Below, piece by piece: positions 24,345-29,191 of a stretch of 29,191 nt of DNA; position 1 is the stretch's first letter, and each line of letters starts with the position of its first letter. This stretch comes from a virus (taxonomy: Duplodnaviria; Caudoviricetes), in the IMG/VR virus record IMGVR_UViG_3300016476_000967, positions 1-29,191 of that record, one strand, 5' to 3'. Both the position numbers and the translations under genes were made by a program. A model generated the notes under the pieces. That model had not been told where the DNA came from and did not search any database. It worked only from the letters and a program-made list of their open reading frames with translations.

Positions 24345-25300
24345 GTGTTTGCGTTTAAAATTTTGCCCATGGTCTGATGAGCTTTGATAGTGTGAAGTGC
24401 ACCGGGTTTTTTAATTTCGATCCAGTGCACTGTTAGTTCGGTACTAGTGGTAGTGATAATCTCGAACCCCAATTCAATGCAAGTATCAATAAGCAATTTG
24501 CTGGGCATCCAACTTCTGTAACCTTGCTCCACATATTCTACCATTTGTGGAACGTCACAATTATTATAACTAAACATTGCTACACCGCCTGGCCGTAGTA
24601 CATTATAGATGCTAGTCAAATATGCGCGAGTTTCTGCTAGCGGCAAATAGTTGAATACGTTCCAAGCAAAAACAAAACCAAATTGATTTTGTGGTAGCGT
24701 ACTTAAATCGAAGCTTTCCGGGCCAGTGTGACTTTTGAGTAAGTAGGGTCTTACTCTATTTCTATAAAATGGATTAAATTTATTAAGAGTATTATCTAAG
24801 AACTCTCGGTGTACGTCCACAATGTATAAGGGATCGCTTGCTACCATATGTTCAGTCCATGTGCCGTCACCTGGTCCGATTTCTAATCCAGGGTAGTGCC
24901 AGTCTGTATAGCTCCGTAATCTTACAATTACTTGACTTCTTGTCTCATCATTAATGTTTAGTAATCTATCGTTTCGCTCTGTTGGTACATCACTGCTGTT
25001 GGATCCATAGTAACCATTAATCATATAGCCGCGGGCAAGATATTCTTGTGTGCGCTCTGTGATTTCTTGATCAATTTCTCGAATTTGTTTATTAATATTA
25101 TCTTCAATTGAACACAATTTTTGTTCAATCAAATCTAAACTTGCTATGTTTTCTCCAATGCTATCTTTATAATTGGGATGCATCGGTATGTTTAGAGTTT
25201 GAGTCAAGTGGCCGTCAAGGATTTCTAATCCATCCCGAGCTGCTCTAGGATTAAATTCCAGCAAGCTATTTTTTAGTTTGACCAAGTCACTTAATTTCAT
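24341..25300 (-). CDS. Class I SAM-dependent methyltransferase with N-terminal coiled coil
   Basis: GLEIGPGDG motif I, IVD, FGFVFAWNVFNYL and VLRPGG. Confidence 0.82.
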   Translation of the reverse strand: MKLSDLVKLKNSLLEFNPRAARDGLEILDGHLTQTLNIPMHPNYKDSIGENIASLDLIEQKLCSIEDNINKQIREIDQEITERTQEYLARGYMINGYYGSNSSDVPTERNDRLLNINDETRSQVIVRLRSYTDWHYPGLEIGPGDGTWTEHMVASDPLYIVDVHREFLDNTLNKFNPFYRNRVRPYLLKSHTGPESFDLSTLPQNQFGFVFAWNVFNYLPLAETRAYLTSIYNVLRPGGVAMFSYNNCDVPQMVEYVEQGYRSWMPSKLLIDTCIELGFEIITTTSTELTVHWIEIKKPGALHTIKAHQTMGKILNANT

Positions 25301-26423
25301 TTTTAATGGATGTTAAATTAGTAAAGTTTATCTTTTTATTATTTAGACTTGGGTGCTGTAGTTGTTGCAAAAAATATGTGTATTCTGGATGCTCGCTGTG
25401 CCAGACTGCATGATCTTTAAAATTATCAAAAGTTCCCCAGTCTGTTATTTTTTGAAAATTAATTTCATCGAAACCTAACTTATCGCAAATTTCCACATAT
25501 GCCGCCATATCTTTATAATTGGCTGTTTGGACAACAAAGTTGGCAGTTGTGACCATATCACTGTATGTTTTCTGTTTCCATTTATTGATATAATCTGCGC
25601 TGTCTAATAACTTATTCCAGTCTCCTCCGCGCCTTGTGATATTATATACTGATTCAGATCCTGCGTCAAAACTTATTTTGAATCTCACAATATTATTGTG
25701 AACGCCTTTCATTTTATGCCAATGTGCCTTAGCCAAAATGCCATTAGTCACAATTTCAATTTCCACATTTTTATTGCCTGCCAAATTTAATTTGGACAGT
25801 AGATGACGATATATTAAACTAGCAAACGGATCGCCGTCTCCGCTCAAAGTAAATTTAAGCCAGTGGCTGTGGTTTTCAATTAACTTTGCCATGTGGTCGA
25901 CGATTTTCATTCTTCTTTCAAATTCTGGACCTTCATTAATAAATGTAAAACCGGTTCTACAACTAGGGCAAGTCAGATTGCAACTGGAATCAATTGCAAA
26001 GTTAATCCAGTTAACTGTATCGGGTCGGTGAGCTATTTCGCCTTTTAACTCGCCTTCTTGAATAATACTACAAGTATTATGATCGCAATACCTGTAGCTG
26101 CCGTCGATGATACTGGATTGTATTTCTCTTGCGCGTTCACTGCGAACTATATCATCTAAGCTTTCGAAGTCCCAAATTTTACCTACGCTAATTGGCAGCC
26201 AAGCCTGACAAATACAAACATAGACGTCGCCGAATCCATCGACGGTTATAGTATTAAATGGATGGTAACAATATTTTCCTTTGAGGCCCAAATCTTTATT
26301 AAAATTCATGTTCCTTGCTTTATATGTATAGACATGGTCTCTTGGAACATCCGAAGCAAGAAACCGCTTACCATTAAGATAAGCGGCATTGGAAATATCA
26401 ACTAATGGGATAATTTTATTCAA
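25287..26423 (-). CDS. Radical SAM protein with N-terminal SPASM/twitch-like domain
   Basis: CNLTCPSC, SGDGDPF, TNG and ISFD motifs; N-terminal CYHPF..VDGFGDVYVCIC..VGKI..CDHNTC. Confidence 0.85.
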   Translation of the reverse strand: MNKIIPLVDISNAAYLNGKRFLASDVPRDHVYTYKARNMNFNKDLGLKGKYCYHPFNTITVDGFGDVYVCICQAWLPISVGKIWDFESLDDIVRSERAREIQSSIIDGSYRYCDHNTCSIIQEGELKGEIAHRPDTVNWINFAIDSSCNLTCPSCRTGFTFINEGPEFERRMKIVDHMAKLIENHSHWLKFTLSGDGDPFASLIYRHLLSKLNLAGNKNVEIEIVTNGILAKAHWHKMKGVHNNIVRFKISFDAGSESVYNITRRGGDWNKLLDSADYINKWKQKTYSDMVTTANFVVQTANYKDMAAYVEICDKLGFDEINFQKITDWGTFDNFKDHAVWHSEHPEYTYFLQQLQHPSLNNKKINFTNLTSIKNEIK

Positions 26424-29079
26424 AGCTAAACAAACTATTAAATGTAGAATTAATGTTAGTACTATCTGCTAGACCCCAATCCAGTACACCTAATAGGTTT
26501 TCTACCTTCTGATCCACAATTGTGTCTTCCATTGTGCTATCATCAAATGGCAAATCTTTAAACCATGCTGGGATATGTGCTTCGTCTGTGGGGTAAGCCA
26601 CACTGATATAGCCTAGTGGATTATCCTTTAACTTGCAGACAATAACTTTCATACCGTCAACGATTTGCATACTGTAGTTGTCACTATGCATACGACGCAG
26701 ATTATTCCAGTTCATTGCTGCACGGACGTGCCCGGGCATGTTTGCCTTGCCCAGTCTGCGTTCTTCTTCTGTGTATTTGGTCAAGTTGTTTACACGCTTG
26801 GGCGTACCTTTTTCCCAGGCCGGCCGTTCTTGGAACTTATATTTAAATTCCTTGATCTTTTCGACCACTTCATCTTTTTGTGCACCAGTTAGCACATCTT
26901 GCAAGATTTCGCTTAAGAAGTCTTGAACAACTTTGGGCGTGTCGCTGCGCTTAAGGTCCAAACCCATGGCTTTTACTTTGCCTGGCTTGCCATTTACGTC
27001 GAGTCGCTTGCCTTCTTTGTCATAGATAAGAACAGCATAACGTTTTTTCTTAATAAACAAGCCCTTAACTGCAACTAGTTCTCGGCCACCTTTAATGATC
27101 GCGCCGTTTTGTCTTGGGCAGTGGAATGCCTTTTCCATAAATGCAGGAAAGCTGTCATTAACTTGATCTGCGATGCTGTCGTACAGTTGAACAGCAATGT
27201 CTCGATTCCATTCCATTCGACCTGCCTTAACTTCGTCCTTTACGGCGGGCCATGCACTAAAGTAAACAGAGTCAGTATCGCCGTAGATAACAGCATCCCC
27301 CACGTGGTCGTATGTACCAAAGATACATTCGTTGACAAAGCTATCCATGTGCTTGGCAATGCTGCGACCAGTTAGTGTAGTTGACTGACCAATCCTATGA
27401 TCGAAGAACCTACAACCTGGGTTTAGAATAGCGCCGTACAGACTGTTAAGATTAATTTTCTTAACCAGCTGTCGCTTATCCCAATACTCCTGGTCTTCTT
27501 TAGTTGTGGATTCCTTAAGCTTCTTCTGCATCTCTTTACGCTCGGCATACCATCGTTCCAGCAACCCTGGAATAATACCTTTACGATCATACGTAAAAAT
27601 TGTGCCATTTGCGCTTAAGATCCAGGGCTTGTTACTGTCAAAAATAATACGCCAAACATCTGCTGCACTAACCACATCGCTTGTACCATCAGCTTCCCAG
27701 TCAATGGTAATTTCTACTGTAGGGTCGCCTTTCATTACAGCTTCGTATTCCAAGCTGCTGAACAATCCTTCCCATGCTGCTGCAAAGCTATCGCCTGACT
27801 TCATCTTGTCGGCGATATATCGCTCAGTCATGACTGGTCGGAGTTGTCCGATGATGGTTTCTGGTCCCATGTTGAGGGCACGAATAGCCGAGGGATAGAG
27901 CGAGTTGATGTCAATGGCTCCAACGTAGTCGTGCATGCCTTTTTTGGGATAAGCAACATAGGCACCTGCTGCTTGCGTTTCTCCTTGATCATCTCGTCCT
28001 TTCCGATTTGGAACAATCATACCACGTTGGTGCGCCTCATTGATGATGGCTTGCTCTGTTACTGCTACCGCACCCATTGTGGTAGCCAACAGCACCGTAT
28101 TATCGTGAGCAAGTTCATTGGCTAGATCCAAGAATCGCAACTTCTTGTCTAACTTAGCCAACAGCATGGTATCTTGTCTGTTATAGTCGATGAACTTAGG
28201 AAAGTCCTTGTTATACAATTGGTCCAGTGTGCCTTCGTAAGCAATCTTACGTTCGTCTAGCTCGTATTCGCCAATTGCATCTAGACTATAACTGTGTCGT
28301 TCTTCATATGTGTACTTGCGGTACAATTGCATATAGTCCATATGAACACGACCGATTAAATCGAATGTTAGGTTCTCTGCGCCAAAGCGTTCGAATGTTC
28401 TTTGCTTAGGAAATTGATTCCATAAACACATGCGGCGAGTATCGTCCTTACTAAGGACTTTGTTAATACGCATGGTGATGTAGGGAATATCGAAACCTTC
28501 AGAGTTCCAACCGCTTAGGATATCTGCATCATCGATTAAGTCAAGGAATGTGTTTAGCATGTCCTCTTCTCGTTCAAAAAGATAGCAGTTATCAAATTGG
28601 TTGCAGATTTCTTCAGCAGTTTCCCAACTATAGCTCTTAGGTGGTACCACAAGAGTGATCATCTTGTCGAGCCAGTCTAAGTAGACAGAAATAGCAGTAA
28701 TGGGATTAAAAGGATCTTCAGGTCGACTGTAACCCTTAACCGGATCAAAGTCGACCTCAATGTCGAAAAACGCTGCTTGTAGTTTGGGGGAATTTGCACC
28801 TAAATAGTGCTGTTCAAGACAACGGAAAATGGGATTAATGTCACTCTCCCAAAGACGTTTACCTGAATTAATTTTTAGTTCTTTGTGGTACTCTTTGCTG
28901 TTACGGGTGCTAAATCGACTTACAGGATTTCCGTAAATAGTACGGAACTTTCCTTTTGGGTCGTCGTAATAAAAGATGTACTCTGCTGGGTATTCGCGAT
29001 ATACCCTTTGTCCATTTACACGTTCAACAACGTGAATTCTATCTTTCTCTCTGTCATAGAGAGCGTCAACGTAACTCAT
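26416..29079 (-). CDS. polB: Family B DNA polymerase (T4 gp43-like)
   Basis: FDIEV, GWNSEGFDIPY and YNRQD exonuclease motifs; DINSLYPS, KINLNSLYG, YGDTDS and KKRYA polymerase motifs. Confidence 0.97.
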   Translation of the reverse strand: MSYVDALYDREKDRIHVVERVNGQRVYREYPAEYIFYYDDPKGKFRTIYGNPVSRFSTRNSKEYHKELKINSGKRLWESDINPIFRCLEQHYLGANSPKLQAAFFDIEVDFDPVKGYSRPEDPFNPITAISVYLDWLDKMITLVVPPKSYSWETAEEICNQFDNCYLFEREEDMLNTFLDLIDDADILSGWNSEGFDIPYITMRINKVLSKDDTRRMCLWNQFPKQRTFERFGAENLTFDLIGRVHMDYMQLYRKYTYEERHSYSLDAIGEYELDERKIAYEGTLDQLYNKDFPKFIDYNRQDTMLLAKLDKKLRFLDLANELAHDNTVLLATTMGAVAVTEQAIINEAHQRGMIVPNRKGRDDQGETQAAGAYVAYPKKGMHDYVGAIDINSLYPSAIRALNMGPETIIGQLRPVMTERYIADKMKSGDSFAAAWEGLFSSLEYEAVMKGDPTVEITIDWEADGTSDVVSAADVWRIIFDSNKPWILSANGTIFTYDRKGIIPGLLERWYAERKEMQKKLKESTTKEDQEYWDKRQLVKKINLNSLYGAILNPGCRFFDHRIGQSTTLTGRSIAKHMDSFVNECIFGTYDHVGDAVIYGDTDSVYFSAWPAVKDEVKAGRMEWNRDIAVQLYDSIADQVNDSFPAFMEKAFHCPRQNGAIIKGGRELVAVKGLFIKKKRYAVLIYDKEGKRLDVNGKPGKVKAMGLDLKRSDTPKVVQDFLSEILQDVLTGAQKDEVVEKIKEFKYKFQERPAWEKGTPKRVNNLTKYTEEERRLGKANMPGHVRAAMNWNNLRRMHSDNYSMQIVDGMKVIVCKLKDNPLGYISVAYPTDEAHIPAWFKDLPFDDSTMEDTIVDQKVENLLGVLDWGLADSTNINSTFNSLFSFE

Positions 29080-29089
29080 AAAACTCCTT

Positions 29090-29143
29090 GTGTAATTTCG
29101 AGCTTACACTCACTCTACATGCCGCTTAAAGTCCGGCGAGACT
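29090..29143 (-). promoter_or_regulatory. Structured polB 5' leader (two candidate H-type pseudoknots before the SD)
   Basis: AGUC-UC-GCCG-GACU-UUAAG-CGGC and GAGU-GA-GUGUAA-GCUC-GAAA-UUACAC, then AAGGAG. Confidence 0.5.
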
Positions 29144-29155
29144 GTTGCTAACAAT

Positions 29156-29184
29156 ATTATATATGACTGTGTTGCCTTTGTCAC
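29156..29184 (-). promoter_or_regulatory. sigma70 promoter of polB
   Basis: GTGACA-17 bp-TATAAT. Confidence 0.7.
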
Positions 29185-29191
29185 TATAATG

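Noticed and set aside
26416-29079. Intein or intron in the DNA polymerase
   Set aside because: The 887 aa ORF is continuous with normal motif spacing and has no splicing or homing-endonuclease motifs.
6-29151. All plus-strand ORFs in the track (e.g. 904-1422, 6532-6879, 27506-27898)
   Set aside because: They lie antisense to well-supported minus-strand genes and show no recognisable motifs, so they are treated as shadow ORFs.
1-29191. Stop-codon reassignment, tRNA genes, transposases or integrase
   Set aside because: Genes are full length in the standard code, intergenic gaps are short, and I saw no cloverleaf or recombinase motifs by eye.

Overview
This is a 29.2 kb segment of a large, T4-like/jumbo-type dsDNA tailed phage. 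Essentially all real genes lie on the minus strand and are tightly packed. Read in the direction of transcription (right to left), it carries a family-B DNA polymerase, a SPASM/radical SAM protein, a methyltransferase and a PCNA/gp45-like sliding clamp. A large 7-deazaguanine DNA-modification region follows: a DpdA-type transglycosylase, DpdL-like QueD paralog, FolE, QueD, QueE, YhhQ transporter, PRTase and MazG-like enzyme, with no QueC or QueF in the window. This region is interleaved with a GT-B glycosyltransferase, a miniature DegT-type aminotransferase, a Gfo/Idh/MocA oxidoreductase, an MDR-type dehydrogenase and a DadA-like FAD oxidoreductase. Further left are an SGNH paralog pair, T4-type RNase H, small hypothetical genes, and an early region of repeated sigma70 promoter cassettes ending in a MoxR AAA ATPase. 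The most interesting signals are four. (1) A candidate preQ1-I-like pseudoknot riboswitch variant heads the queD-yhhQ-dadA-mazG-queE operon. (2) The gene set suggests an undescribed, possibly glycosylated, deazaguanine hypermodification. (3) The polymerase and DpdA share a clamp-binding-like motif. (4) The polB leader can form tandem pseudoknots. All family calls come from motifs recognised by eye; no database searches were run.
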